Shown: in pieces, positions 17,237 through 26,420 of the stretch | How the letters are laid out: each line of letters starts with the position of its first letter | Numbering within the stretch: position 1 is the first letter of the stretch | Assembly: GCA_905204365.1 (NCBI GenBank) | Contig: CAJKZO010000001.1 | Coordinates: 1 to 60,332 of the forward strand | Length of the DNA: 60,332 bases | Direction of reading: 5' to 3' | Source: an uncultured Collinsella sp. | GTDB taxonomy: Bacteria; Actinomycetota; Coriobacteriia; Coriobacteriales; Coriobacteriaceae | Notes under the pieces: model-generated | Told to the model about the DNA's origin: nothing | The model's input: only the letters and a program-made list of their open reading frames with translations | Databases searched by the model: none | Program-made: the position numbers and the translations under genes

Positions 17237-19149
17237 AGGGCGGTAACTCCCGGCTCATCGTCGAGCTGCGGAATGGTGCCCACCACGTTGTCCGCCAGCC
17301 AATTCATCTCGACAATCTGCGTGCTCGGCAGCGGAGGGAAGCCTTCGATCTGTACCACGCCGCTCTGGCTGTGGAGCTCGCCGCCAAAGGGGTTGATGGA
17401 GCCCTCGACAATGCCGTTGCGGAGCAACTGCACGAGTTTGCGCGTCTGGTAGGGTAGGCCCGGAGCGTAACGGATATCGATAACGCCCGAGCTCATGCCG
17501 TACCAGTAGTTGACGGCGCGCACTTGGTTATCGTCGCTGGTCTCGTCCCACGTGCCGTGCAGAAGGCTGCGAACGATGAGCTCGTAGTAACGGCCCCAGT
17601 TCCATACCGGCATGGCGATGCCGGTAACCTTGCCATCGACCAGGCGGTGGAGTCCGTAGGCCGTAGGGTCTTCGAGCGACTTTGATATGTCAGCGCCGGT
17701 CATGACGCTCACGCCTTCGCGGCACATGGCCTCGGCAAGACCGCCGGCGGGCACATCGCCCCAGGTGAGGATAATTTGCGCGCGGGGGTCGAGCAGCGAG
17801 GCACCGATGGCAAAGGCATTGATTTCGCTGAGCGCGCCGGATGCGAAGACCGACGCGTGGTAGCCGATGCGATGGTTGTCCGCCATGCTGGCGGCAAGGG
17901 CGCCCAGGAGGAACTTGGCCTCGTACATCTTGCCAAAGTACGAACGGACGCTTTGGTGGGGAAGGCCGATAGAGCAGTTAAGGAACCGAACCTGGGGATA
18001 CTCAACGGCAGCTCTGAGCGTGTATTCCATCAGGCGGTGCGAGGTCGAGAAGATGACGTTGTCTCCATGTTTGACAGCCGTTTCCACGGCGGCGTAGAAC
18101 ACGTCCGGATCGTGACAGTCCTCGAACGCCTCGGTGCGCACGATACCGTCAAAGTGCTCATCGAGATACTGACGTCCTTGGTCGTGCAGACTGTCCCAGC
18201 TCGACGCCGCACGGGGGAACTCATGGATAAAGGCGATACGCAGGGGGTTGGCCGCCGAATAGACAGTCTTGCCCATAAAGAAGTTGAGCACGCCGGAGGT
18301 GGACTTGGCGGGCGACTCCTCCTCATCGACGCTCGGCGCTTCGACAAGATCGACCTTGTCCTCGTCATTTTTGCCGGCAATGACCAGCTCGCGCCAAATC
18401 TTGCACAGGCGGTTTACGACGATATCCGTCGGCGTATCCAGCAGGCGGTCCTGGTTGTACACATTGAGGTAGACGAGCATGGCGTCGGCGGGCGTAATGT
18501 CCAGGTGGTCGCCGCCTGCGCGAAGGTAGGCGCGCTTAAAGAGCAGGAAGGTGTGGCGCAGGTAGTCGACCTTTTTCTGCGGCCATTTTTCGATAAGGTT
18601 CTGACCGAGCATCTTGGCGAGCGTCTCGTAGCTTCCCTCACGCGAGAACTCGATCTCGTATAGGGGGCAGACGCGCCAAAACGCGCAGAATTCACCGTAC
18701 AGGCGGCTTTCGACGGAATCCCATGTGCCGGGGTAGAGACGGGTGACCCTGGCCGAAACCGTTGGAGCGTCCAGGAATTTGAGGACACTGACGCGTTTGT
18801 TGCCTTCCTGGACATAGAACCGATGCATGAACTCGGTGACGATGATGGGGTCGCGATAGCCCTCGGTTACCTGGATGTCGTAGAGGTTGGACCACTTGCG
18901 GGCGAACTCGGTGTTAAACGGCAGCAGGGGCATAAAGTTGCATGAAAAGGCGGACTGACGGCCTTTGGTGACCGTGCCGACGACCATTTCGAGCGGAATA
19001 TCCCGCAGGCCGACGCTCACTCGCTGACCTAAGGGGAGCTGAGCAACCAAGCTATCGAGGTCCGTAAGGTATGGATGCTCGCTTTGGCTGATGGCGCGAC
19101 GGCGTCCCTGCTCGCCGCGCTTGCGTGCTTGCCGATAGGCCTCTTCCAT
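17233..19149 (-). CDS. ParB/Srx-like N-terminal domain fused to a BMP (PnrA-like) ligand-binding domain, with no signal peptide
   Basis: IPLEMVVGT...DPIIV...FYVQEGNKRVSV; C-terminal W..LHDQGR, NVIFSTS, INAFAIGA and WNWG..Y; ATGA overlap with the phosphoesterase gene. Confidence 0.75.
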   Translation of the reverse strand: MEEAYRQARKRGEQGRRRAISQSEHPYLTDLDSLVAQLPLGQRVSVGLRDIPLEMVVGTVTKGRQSAFSCNFMPLLPFNTEFARKWSNLYDIQVTEGYRDPIIVTEFMHRFYVQEGNKRVSVLKFLDAPTVSARVTRLYPGTWDSVESRLYGEFCAFWRVCPLYEIEFSREGSYETLAKMLGQNLIEKWPQKKVDYLRHTFLLFKRAYLRAGGDHLDITPADAMLVYLNVYNQDRLLDTPTDIVVNRLCKIWRELVIAGKNDEDKVDLVEAPSVDEEESPAKSTSGVLNFFMGKTVYSAANPLRIAFIHEFPRAASSWDSLHDQGRQYLDEHFDGIVRTEAFEDCHDPDVFYAAVETAVKHGDNVIFSTSHRLMEYTLRAAVEYPQVRFLNCSIGLPHQSVRSYFGKMYEAKFLLGALAASMADNHRIGYHASVFASGALSEINAFAIGASLLDPRAQIILTWGDVPAGGLAEAMCREGVSVMTGADISKSLEDPTAYGLHRLVDGKVTGIAMPVWNWGRYYELIVRSLLHGTWDETSDDNQVRAVNYWYGMSSGVIDIRYAPGLPYQTRKLVQLLRNGIVEGSINPFGGELHSQSGVVQIEGFPPLPSTQIVEMNWLADNVVGTIPQLDDEPGVTAL

Positions 19150-19242
19150 GGCGTCTACTCCCTTAGTCGTTTAAACAACGATATGAACCATGGTACCACG
19201 AATGAAAACCACTACAAAGATGCCTGTCCCCTTTGCAGTGGA

Positions 19243-20010
19243 TTAGGCGATGATGGGGGCGATGGCGCGGATGCAGGCGTCGGCTGCCGTGAAAGTAGTG
19301 CTGTCGTCGCTGACGATAAAGATAATCTTTCCTTTGATGCCAAAGTCGCCGATTTCGCTAAAGAGTACGTAGGGCTCCTTGTCAAAGCCCGAGATGGGCG
19401 AGACGGCCGTTTTGGTTGCGCTCGCGAGCTCGTCTGCCAGCACGTCAAGGGAAGCCCACTTGGACGTATCCTTTACGGCAACGGGCACGGCCACGCGCCC
19501 AAAGGGCATCAAATGCACGAGCGTGTTCTTGGAGATGTTGGAGTTGGGCACAATGATGGTCTGTCCACAGGCGTCCTCGATGGTCGTATGACGCCAGGTG
19601 ATGTCCTGGACCACGCCCGACACGCCGCCGACCTCGATATTGTCGCCGGGTTTGATGATGCCCATAAAGGTCACCTGCATGCCGCCGATAAGGTTTGATA
19701 GCGTGTCCTGAAAGCCGAGCGAGATGGCGATGCCGCCGACGCCAAGAGCGGCGACGAGCGCGTTTGCGTTAATGCCAAAGCAGTTGTCGAGGATAAAGCT
19801 GCCGCCAATCATCCAGATGACGGCGCGCGCGATGTTGATGAAGATACTCGATGCCGGAAGCGGGTTATCGTCTCGGTTAAGCAGATGGTTCAGGGTCTTG
19901 GATACGACCTTGGCGGCGACGGCGGTGCCTATCGCCAAGATGACGGCCCAGATGATGTTGTGGACCCATCGTTGTGCAAAGAAATGAAGAATTGGCTCAA
20001 ACAATTCCAT
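19243..20010 (-). CDS. Small-conductance mechanosensitive channel (MscS family)
   Basis: ALGVGGIAISLGFQDTLSNL, GDNIEV, ITWRHT and VPNS motifs; RBS AGGAGG. Confidence 0.9.
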   Translation of the reverse strand: MELFEPILHFFAQRWVHNIIWAVILAIGTAVAAKVVSKTLNHLLNRDDNPLPASSIFINIARAVIWMIGGSFILDNCFGINANALVAALGVGGIAISLGFQDTLSNLIGGMQVTFMGIIKPGDNIEVGGVSGVVQDITWRHTTIEDACGQTIIVPNSNISKNTLVHLMPFGRVAVPVAVKDTSKWASLDVLADELASATKTAVSPISGFDKEPYVLFSEIGDFGIKGKIIFIVSDDSTTFTAADACIRAIAPIIA

Positions 20011-20137
20011 GTAGGGAAACCTCCTATGATCGTCCAACCATGATACCCACCAAGAAGCCCGTCCGATCAAATTCGGACGGGCTTTTGTGCTCGATATAAG
20101 GTTTACGCGGCGGGGCTGTAAGGCCCGGCGGTGTAGC

Positions 20138-22162
20138 TTAGCGTCGACGCTTCCAGATAATGCCGAGCATGATGACGATGATGCCGCCGATAAGGCACGC
20201 GCCAACTACTGCCAGCGTGCGGTCTCCCGTTGCGGCAAGCTTACCGGTCGTCTTCTTGGTGATGACCTTCGTGGTCGCCGTGTCCGTCTTAGACGAGGGC
20301 TTAGGCGTCGGGGCCGGTGAGGGCGTGGGGTCCACGGCAGCGGAGCCAAAGCTGATGGTGCCCGCGAGTGAGGCCATCTTGCTCTCCCAGCCGTTCTGCC
20401 CGATCAGCGCCCTAAGCGCCGCCTCGCACGTGCCCCACTCGGTGTACTTGGTGGCGTGTGCAAAGGTGGGAAAGTCGGTCGTGTTGGTAATGATGTAGTT
20501 GTTGGTGGCGACGGTATAGGTCTTGGTGGGATCGAGCGTGCTGCCATCCTTGGTGAGCGTGGCGCTCACGATGCGCTTGCCTTCGGACTGCGTCCAATCG
20601 ATTGTCACGTTGATTCCGCCGAAGGAAAGGACGCTGCCGGAGTCATCGCGCCACTTGTACTTGTCTTGCGCCTCCTGCTCGGTGTGACCGGCCGCCACAT
20701 AAGCCTGCTGAAGCTCGTAGCTGTCGTTGCAATCGTCGCTGATTTGTAGCGAGTGCTCGAGTGCTGCGAGGAAGTCCGCGCCGGTCATGGTCCAGGTCTC
20801 CACGGTGTTGCCGTAGGGCGAGATGGCGATGACGTTGCCGGCGGTCACGTTGCCCGCCGCGATGCCGCCGCGGATGCCGCCAGCGTTTTCGATAGCGAGG
20901 TCTGCGCCCGTCAAGGCAAGATAGGAGCCGCAAATCACGTGGCCGATGGTCTGGGCCTTGGTGGTATCGCCCTCCTTGCTGGGGCGGAAATCGGTGGTGC
21001 GCACCATTTCCCAACCATGCGTGCCTGCGGCGTCCTCGCCGTAGAAATAGTTGGTGGTAGATGTGCCGAGCACCTTGTTCGATTCGTTTTCAAAGGCCTC
21101 GTCGAGCGGCTTGATCTTGTTGCGGACGGCTTCAAGGCGGCTTTGGTAGTCGGAGCCCTTGTCGGGGTCTGCCAAAAGGTCGTTGACGTTCTTGGCGGTG
21201 TAGAGCTTCTCGTCGCTGCCGTATGCAGGGACCGTGACCGTGTCATCGTCGGTCGTCTCGGTGTCATTCGTGTTGTACTTGTACGGAATGGAAAGCAGCC
21301 CCACCTCGGCAAAGGCGCTGCCTGCCTCGACAACGTGGATCGTCTTGCCGTCGGCTCCCGTTACCTTCTCGTTAAGGTTGATGTGCTCGTGGCCTGCGAT
21401 AAGGGCATCGACGCCACGGAGCCGCGTGGCAAAGGTCTTTGCGTCGAGCGTGTGCGCGATACACACAACAACATCGCAGCCCTCCTTGCGCAGCTGCTCT
21501 GCCTCGGCATTGATGGCGTTCGCGGCACTCGAGAAGCTGGTGCCCGCGACCAGGTCCGCGCGCAGCGAGGAACCTAGCGACTCATCCATGGCTCCGATGA
21601 CGCCGACCTTAATCTTGTAGTTAAACGTGGAACTGTCCTCGCCGTCCTTCCAAGTGCGGTTGAGCGTCTTGGTGATGCTCGAGCTCCATACGCCGCTCGT
21701 AGACTTCGCATTCGCGCAGAGCATGGCGAAGGGCGTGCCGGTGGTGCTGTAGCCGGTCATGGTGCGGAGTTTGCCCGCGCCGTAGCTCCAGTCGTGGTTG
21801 CCTGGCGTGGTCGCGTCGTAGCCGTCGGCATAGAAGGTGTCCATGAGCTCGGCGATGCTCTTGCCCTCGCTCATGGTGGCAAAGGACTGCCCGTGGAAGG
21901 TGTCGCCTGCATCGAGCAGAAGATCGGGGGCGCTGCCTTGGGCGCTATAGAGAACCGCCAGTCCGTCAAAGCCGACAGTGCCGGTGCCCTTGCTTGCGTT
22001 GTAGCTGTACTTGTAGCTGCCGTGGATGTCGTTGGTGTGCATGACGGCCACGGAGCCGTCAATAGCGGCGGGCAGGTTCCCCGCGAAAGTGAGGCTTGGG
22101 ATGCCTGCGAGCGAGCCGGCAAACAACGCGGCGGCTAACGCAAAGCGGGGGAGTCTTTTCAT
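20138..22162 (-). CDS. Secreted, sortase-anchored 5'-nucleotidase / bifunctional metallophosphatase
   Basis: Signal peptide; HTNDIHG, DAGD, PGNHD, AGHEH and NAGGIR motifs; C-terminal LAATG, TM helix and KRRR tail. Confidence 0.9.
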   Translation of the reverse strand: MKRLPRFALAAALFAGSLAGIPSLTFAGNLPAAIDGSVAVMHTNDIHGSYKYSYNASKGTGTVGFDGLAVLYSAQGSAPDLLLDAGDTFHGQSFATMSEGKSIAELMDTFYADGYDATTPGNHDWSYGAGKLRTMTGYSTTGTPFAMLCANAKSTSGVWSSSITKTLNRTWKDGEDSSTFNYKIKVGVIGAMDESLGSSLRADLVAGTSFSSAANAINAEAEQLRKEGCDVVVCIAHTLDAKTFATRLRGVDALIAGHEHINLNEKVTGADGKTIHVVEAGSAFAEVGLLSIPYKYNTNDTETTDDDTVTVPAYGSDEKLYTAKNVNDLLADPDKGSDYQSRLEAVRNKIKPLDEAFENESNKVLGTSTTNYFYGEDAAGTHGWEMVRTTDFRPSKEGDTTKAQTIGHVICGSYLALTGADLAIENAGGIRGGIAAGNVTAGNVIAISPYGNTVETWTMTGADFLAALEHSLQISDDCNDSYELQQAYVAAGHTEQEAQDKYKWRDDSGSVLSFGGINVTIDWTQSEGKRIVSATLTKDGSTLDPTKTYTVATNNYIITNTTDFPTFAHATKYTEWGTCEAALRALIGQNGWESKMASLAGTISFGSAAVDPTPSPAPTPKPSSKTDTATTKVITKKTTGKLAATGDRTLAVVGACLIGGIIVIMLGIIWKRRR

Positions 22163-22276
22163 GGCAGTTTCCTTAGTCCTTAGCCAGAATGTCTGGTTGA
22201 ATATCGGATTATCGACATAATATGCGAAAACCGCCGCAAGGGCGTCTGTCCCTTTGCGGCGGTTTTGACGTTTGCG

Positions 22277-22322
22277 CAGATAAAACCTGCCAAAATAAAC
22301 CTGTCCCTTTTTGGCAGGTTTT
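22277..22322. repeat. ~40-bp dispersed hairpin element (family B subtype), copy 1
   Basis: AAAACCTGCCAAAA-TAAACCTGTCCCT-TTTTGGCAGGTTTT; near-identical copies at 49036-49074 (reverse) and 50819-50861. Confidence 0.88.
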
Positions 22323-23115
22323 AGCTCAGCAGCATGCGGTCGTTGGCGAGCTCGCCGCCCGAGACCTCCTCGAACTTCTGTAGCAGGTCGGCTACGGTGA
22401 GCGACTTCTTCTCATCGCCCGCCACGTCGTAGATCACGTGGCCTTCGTGCATCATGATCAGACGGTTGCCCAGACGGATGGCGTCGTTCATGTTGTGCGT
22501 GACCATGAGTGTGGTCAGGTGGTTCTCGTCGACAATCTCTTCGGTCAGGTTGAGCACCTTAGAGGCCGTCTTAGGGTCGAGGGCCGCAGTGTGCTCGTCG
22601 AGCAGCAGCAGGCGCGGCCTGGTGAGCGTGGCCATCAGCAGGGTGAGTGCCTGGCGCTGGCCGCCCGAGAGAAGACCGACCTTGGCGTTGAGACGCGTGT
22701 CCAGACCAAGGTCCAGGCGCTTGAGCAGCTCAACGTACTCATCTTTCTCGGCCTTGGTGACGCCCCACGAAAGGCCGCGACGCTGGCCGCGACGCTTGGC
22801 GAGGGCTAGGTTCTCGGCGATCTGCATGTCGGCAGCGGTACCGCGCATGGGGTCCTGAAACACGCGGCCCAGGTACTTGGCGCGCTGCGACTCGCTCAGG
22901 CGCGAGATGTCGGTGCCGTCGAGCTCAATAACGCCCGAATCGAGCGGGTACACGCCGGCGATCATGTTGAGCAGCGTGGACTTGCCGGCGCCGTTGCCGC
23001 CGATCACGGTTACAAAGTCGCCGTCATTCAGGGTGAGGTCGACGCCGGTGAGCGCGCGCTTCTCGGTGACGGTGCCCTTGTTAAAGGTCTTCTTGACGTG
23101 CGAGAGCTTAAGCAT
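22321..23115 (-). CDS. ABC transporter ATP-binding protein
   Basis: GGNGAGKS, LSGGQRQ and LLLLDEH motifs. Confidence 0.93.
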   Translation of the reverse strand: MLKLSHVKKTFNKGTVTEKRALTGVDLTLNDGDFVTVIGGNGAGKSTLLNMIAGVYPLDSGVIELDGTDISRLSESQRAKYLGRVFQDPMRGTAADMQIAENLALAKRRGQRRGLSWGVTKAEKDEYVELLKRLDLGLDTRLNAKVGLLSGGQRQALTLLMATLTRPRLLLLDEHTAALDPKTASKVLNLTEEIVDENHLTTLMVTHNMNDAIRLGNRLIMMHEGHVIYDVAGDEKKSLTVADLLQKFEEVSGGELANDRMLLS

Positions 23116-24031
23116 CTGCCTCATCCCCCTTCGTGTAGGAGCTGCGGAGCTTATAGCGCTCCCAAACCACGGGCACGCACAGGGCCACGGCGACGATCAC
23201 GGCGGAGAGCAGCTTCATGTCGTTGGCGTCCATGCCCAACTGCAGCACGATGGCGCGGATAAGGAAGTACACCACGGAGCCAAAGACGGCGGAGGCAAGA
23301 CGGACGCTAAACTGCGTGAGACCGCCGGGCAACAGGCGGCCGAGCACCTCGCCGATAACAATGGCGGCAAGACCGATAACGATGGCGCCGGTGCCCATGC
23401 CAATGTCGGCATACTTCTGGCTCTGGCAGATGAGTGCGCCCGAAAGGCCGATGAGGGCGTTGGAGAGCACGAGGGCGATCATCTTGGTGGAGTTGGTGTT
23501 GACGCCCAGGGCGCGGATCATGTACTCGTTGTTGCCGGTGGCGCGCAGTGCCGAGCCGATCTCGGTGCCAAAGAACCAATACAGGATGGCAACGATAGCC
23601 ACGGCGAGCAAAATACCCAGGATGATGGCGACGGTGGACTGCGGCAGGCCCGTCATGTTGCTGACGGCCGAGAACACGGTGCCCTTGGCAAGAATGGGCG
23701 TATTGGATTTGCCCATGATGCGCAGGTTGATGGACCACAGACTGATCTGGGTGAGGATTCCGGCGAGGATCGCGGGAATCTCAAAGACGGTGGTCAGAAT
23801 GCCCGTGACGGCGCCCGCTATGGCGCCGGCGCACATGCCGGCCAGCACGGCGAGCAGCGGGTCGACGTTGTTATTGACGATGAGCACGGCGCAGACGCAG
23901 CCGCCGAGGGCAAAGCTGCCGTCGCAGGTCATATCGGGAATGTCGAGCAGGCGGAACGTGATAAACACGCCAAGCACCATAATGCCCCAGAGGACGCCCT
24001 GCGAAACGGCGCCCTGCAATGCAATGAGCAT
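23108..24031 (-). CDS. ABC transporter permease (BPD_transp_2-like)
   Basis: Multiple TM helices; PDMTCDGSFALG and GSALRATGNN motifs. Confidence 0.9.
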   Translation of the reverse strand: MLIALQGAVSQGVLWGIMVLGVFITFRLLDIPDMTCDGSFALGGCVCAVLIVNNNVDPLLAVLAGMCAGAIAGAVTGILTTVFEIPAILAGILTQISLWSINLRIMGKSNTPILAKGTVFSAVSNMTGLPQSTVAIILGILLAVAIVAILYWFFGTEIGSALRATGNNEYMIRALGVNTNSTKMIALVLSNALIGLSGALICQSQKYADIGMGTGAIVIGLAAIVIGEVLGRLLPGGLTQFSVRLASAVFGSVVYFLIRAIVLQLGMDANDMKLLSAVIVAVALCVPVVWERYKLRSSYTKGDEADA

Positions 24032-24235
24032 GCTTCATACCTCCTAGGATAGGGTGGACACGTGAGTCACCATGATAGCGGTAACAATGCATAAAAGAGC
24101 TGCGGCCGGATGTTTTGACTCATCCGAAACAAGCAGGGCGAACGCCGGTCTTTGGCGTTCGCCCCTGTGGCTCAGATATTGAATAACACGTCAACGGCGC
24201 GAGTGCGTGCCCTAGACGCGCTACCGCGCATGGCG

Positions 24236-25216
24236 CTACTCGTCCAGAGCGGAAAGATCGATGCCCAGAGCCTCGGCCATCTCGTCGTTCTTGACGACGA
24301 CCAGGTCTTTGCTTGAGAGGTGCTTGATCGCCATGTCCTCGGGCTTGGCTTCGCCCTTCAGGATCTTGACGGCCATCTCGCCTGCGGCGTAGCCCAGATC
24401 CTCGTAGTTGATGGAGAGGGTGAACAGGCCGCCGGCCTTGCACATGCCCTCCTCGCCGGTCACGAAGGGGAGCTTGTTCTCCTTGCAGATCTGGCCGACC
24501 TGCGAGGCACCCGCGGCGATGGTGTTGTCGGTGGGGGAGTACAGCGCATCGACCTTGCCCACGGCAGACTCGACGACGGATTGAATCTCGTTGGAGCTCG
24601 AGACGGTGAAATCGGTGTACTCGAGGCCCAGCTTGTCGAGCTCTTTCTTGGCGGCCTTGATCTGGACGTCGGAGTTGGACTCGGCGGTGCAGTAGAGCAG
24701 GCCGACCTTTTTAACGTCGGGCAGGACCTTCTGCATCATCTCGAGCTGCTCGGCGACCGGGGTGAGGTCGGAAGCGCCCGTGACGTTGGTGCCGGGCTTG
24801 TCGTTGTCCTGGACCAGGCCGGAGGCGGCGTAGTCGGTGATGGCACAGCCCACGATGGGGATATCGGCCGTGGCACCGGCGGCAGCCTGCGCGGCGGGCG
24901 TGGCGATGGCATAAATCAGGTTGACGTTGTCGCCCACAAACTTGTCGGCGATGGACTTACACGTGGACTGGTCGTTCTGGGCGTTCTTCTGGTCAATCTT
25001 GACCTTAAGGCCGCTCTCCTTGATGGCCTTGACAAAGCCGTCGTTGGCGGCATCGAGTGCGGAGTGCTCGGTGAGCTGCAGAACGCCGATGGTGTAGTCG
25101 GAACCGGCGGCAGCAGAGCCGGAACCAGAGTTGCCGCCGCATCCGGCGAGCGGGGCGAGCGCGAGCAGGCCGGCGGAGACCAGAAGGCTCCTGCGGCTGA
25201 TGGTGATGTCCTTCAT
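24236..25216 (-). CDS. ABC substrate-binding lipoprotein (ABC_sub_bind family, aromatic amino acid type)
   Basis: SRRSLL twin-Arg signal and LAGC lipobox; EHSALD, IATPAAQ, TNVTGASD and PTDN motifs. Confidence 0.88.
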   Translation of the reverse strand: MKDITISRRSLLVSAGLLALAPLAGCGGNSGSGSAAAGSDYTIGVLQLTEHSALDAANDGFVKAIKESGLKVKIDQKNAQNDQSTCKSIADKFVGDNVNLIYAIATPAAQAAAGATADIPIVGCAITDYAASGLVQDNDKPGTNVTGASDLTPVAEQLEMMQKVLPDVKKVGLLYCTAESNSDVQIKAAKKELDKLGLEYTDFTVSSSNEIQSVVESAVGKVDALYSPTDNTIAAGASQVGQICKENKLPFVTGEEGMCKAGGLFTLSINYEDLGYAAGEMAVKILKGEAKPEDMAIKHLSSKDLVVVKNDEMAEALGIDLSALDE

Positions 25217-25376
25217 ATCATTACCCCCAGTATAAAAATGGCTGGAAACACTGCACTGGGACAAAGTGCAAGTGGAACTATAGTAGCGCTGATGTCCATT
25301 TTTACAACAGCCTGGCGGGTTTTTTAATACAGAATCGGATGGGCGGTACGGGTAGTCGAATGGGCGGCGGAGGGCC

Positions 25377-26171
25377 TTATGCGGCGGAGGAGGCGTCGTC
25401 CTCGTCCAGGGCGGCGAAGAGCTTCTTGCCGTCGAGGAGACGTGTGGTGACGTTTCTCATTCGGCCAATCTCTACAGTACGCAACGTGTCATCGGCGCCT
25501 CGGGCGTCATAGACCGTTCCCAGCAGATACGAGATGCCGTCTCGTTGCTTGATGGCAAAGGGACGGAGTGTCATCCGTGCTGCTTCGGTTTCGCCACGTG
25601 TCGTGACGCTCGAAATATCAAAACTCACCGTGGTTCCGTGGTCGATGGCCTGCTCGACGAGCTCGCACGTGTCGATGCGCTTGATGGGCGTGCGTGTTGC
25701 TTTGGTAGCCTTGCTGCCTGCGCTTGGAACGGGTTCGGGTGTATCGAGGTAGCCGCGAACGTCGGCACTCGCCATGGCAACTAAGTGCTGCGCCATGCTC
25801 TTGCGGATAGCGATAGGCGTGGAGCGGTTGCGCATGACCATGCCGTGGAGCCGGATGATCTCTTCATCGGTGAGCGGGCGGGTAAGAAGTTTGTAGCCCA
25901 CGCCGCGTTTGTACTCAATTTCGTATCCGGCATGGCGAAGCGCGGAGATGGCGGTGTAGATGCTGCGCCGCGCCGCCGAGATGGGCATGCGGGCGGGGTC
26001 GTCGGGATGGGCGAGGCGCCGGATCAACTCATCGGAAAGCATGGCCTTGTCCTCGCCGGTGTTTTCGCTTAATAGTTGCAGGATGCGAACGGCGCGATAG
26101 GCTGCCATCGAGGCGGCGCCCCTCGTCGTGGTGTCGTAGGTTTCAACAGCGGCTTCGGTCATCGTGCCCAC
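25377..26171 (-). CDS. wHTH + WYL-like transcriptional regulator
   Basis: RILQLL...ARRSIYTAISALRHAGYEIEYKRGVGY HTH; LRPFAI....GISYLLG...LRTVEIGRM WYL-like segment. Confidence 0.75.
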   Translation of the reverse strand: MGTMTEAAVETYDTTTRGAASMAAYRAVRILQLLSENTGEDKAMLSDELIRRLAHPDDPARMPISAARRSIYTAISALRHAGYEIEYKRGVGYKLLTRPLTDEEIIRLHGMVMRNRSTPIAIRKSMAQHLVAMASADVRGYLDTPEPVPSAGSKATKATRTPIKRIDTCELVEQAIDHGTTVSFDISSVTTRGETEAARMTLRPFAIKQRDGISYLLGTVYDARGADDTLRTVEIGRMRNVTTRLLDGKKLFAALDEDDASSAA

Positions 26172-26342
26172 GTCCTTTCCGTTTTGGGTGGCGACGGTAT
26201 GGAGCCTAGGACGTGGGGCTTTTTCAGGGGCGCAGGGCGCTCTGGGCGGTCGGTAGTTGTCGGCAAACGGCGGGTCGAGTTTTCAACAGCCCTGCTCAAC
26301 TGACCAAAAACTTGCCAAAATCTTGACGGATGCTGTTGAAAA

Positions 26343-26374
26343 AAGCGTCTCTCGACCGATGTCGAGAGACGCTT
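26343..26374 (-). terminator. Terminator after asnS
   Basis: AAGCGTCTCTCGAC/GTCGAGAGACGCTT stem followed by a T run on the minus strand. Confidence 0.8.
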
Positions 26375-26420
26375 ATGCGATGAGCGTTGGCGTGTGGCGA
26401 CGCGAGCTAGCGTCCGACGA

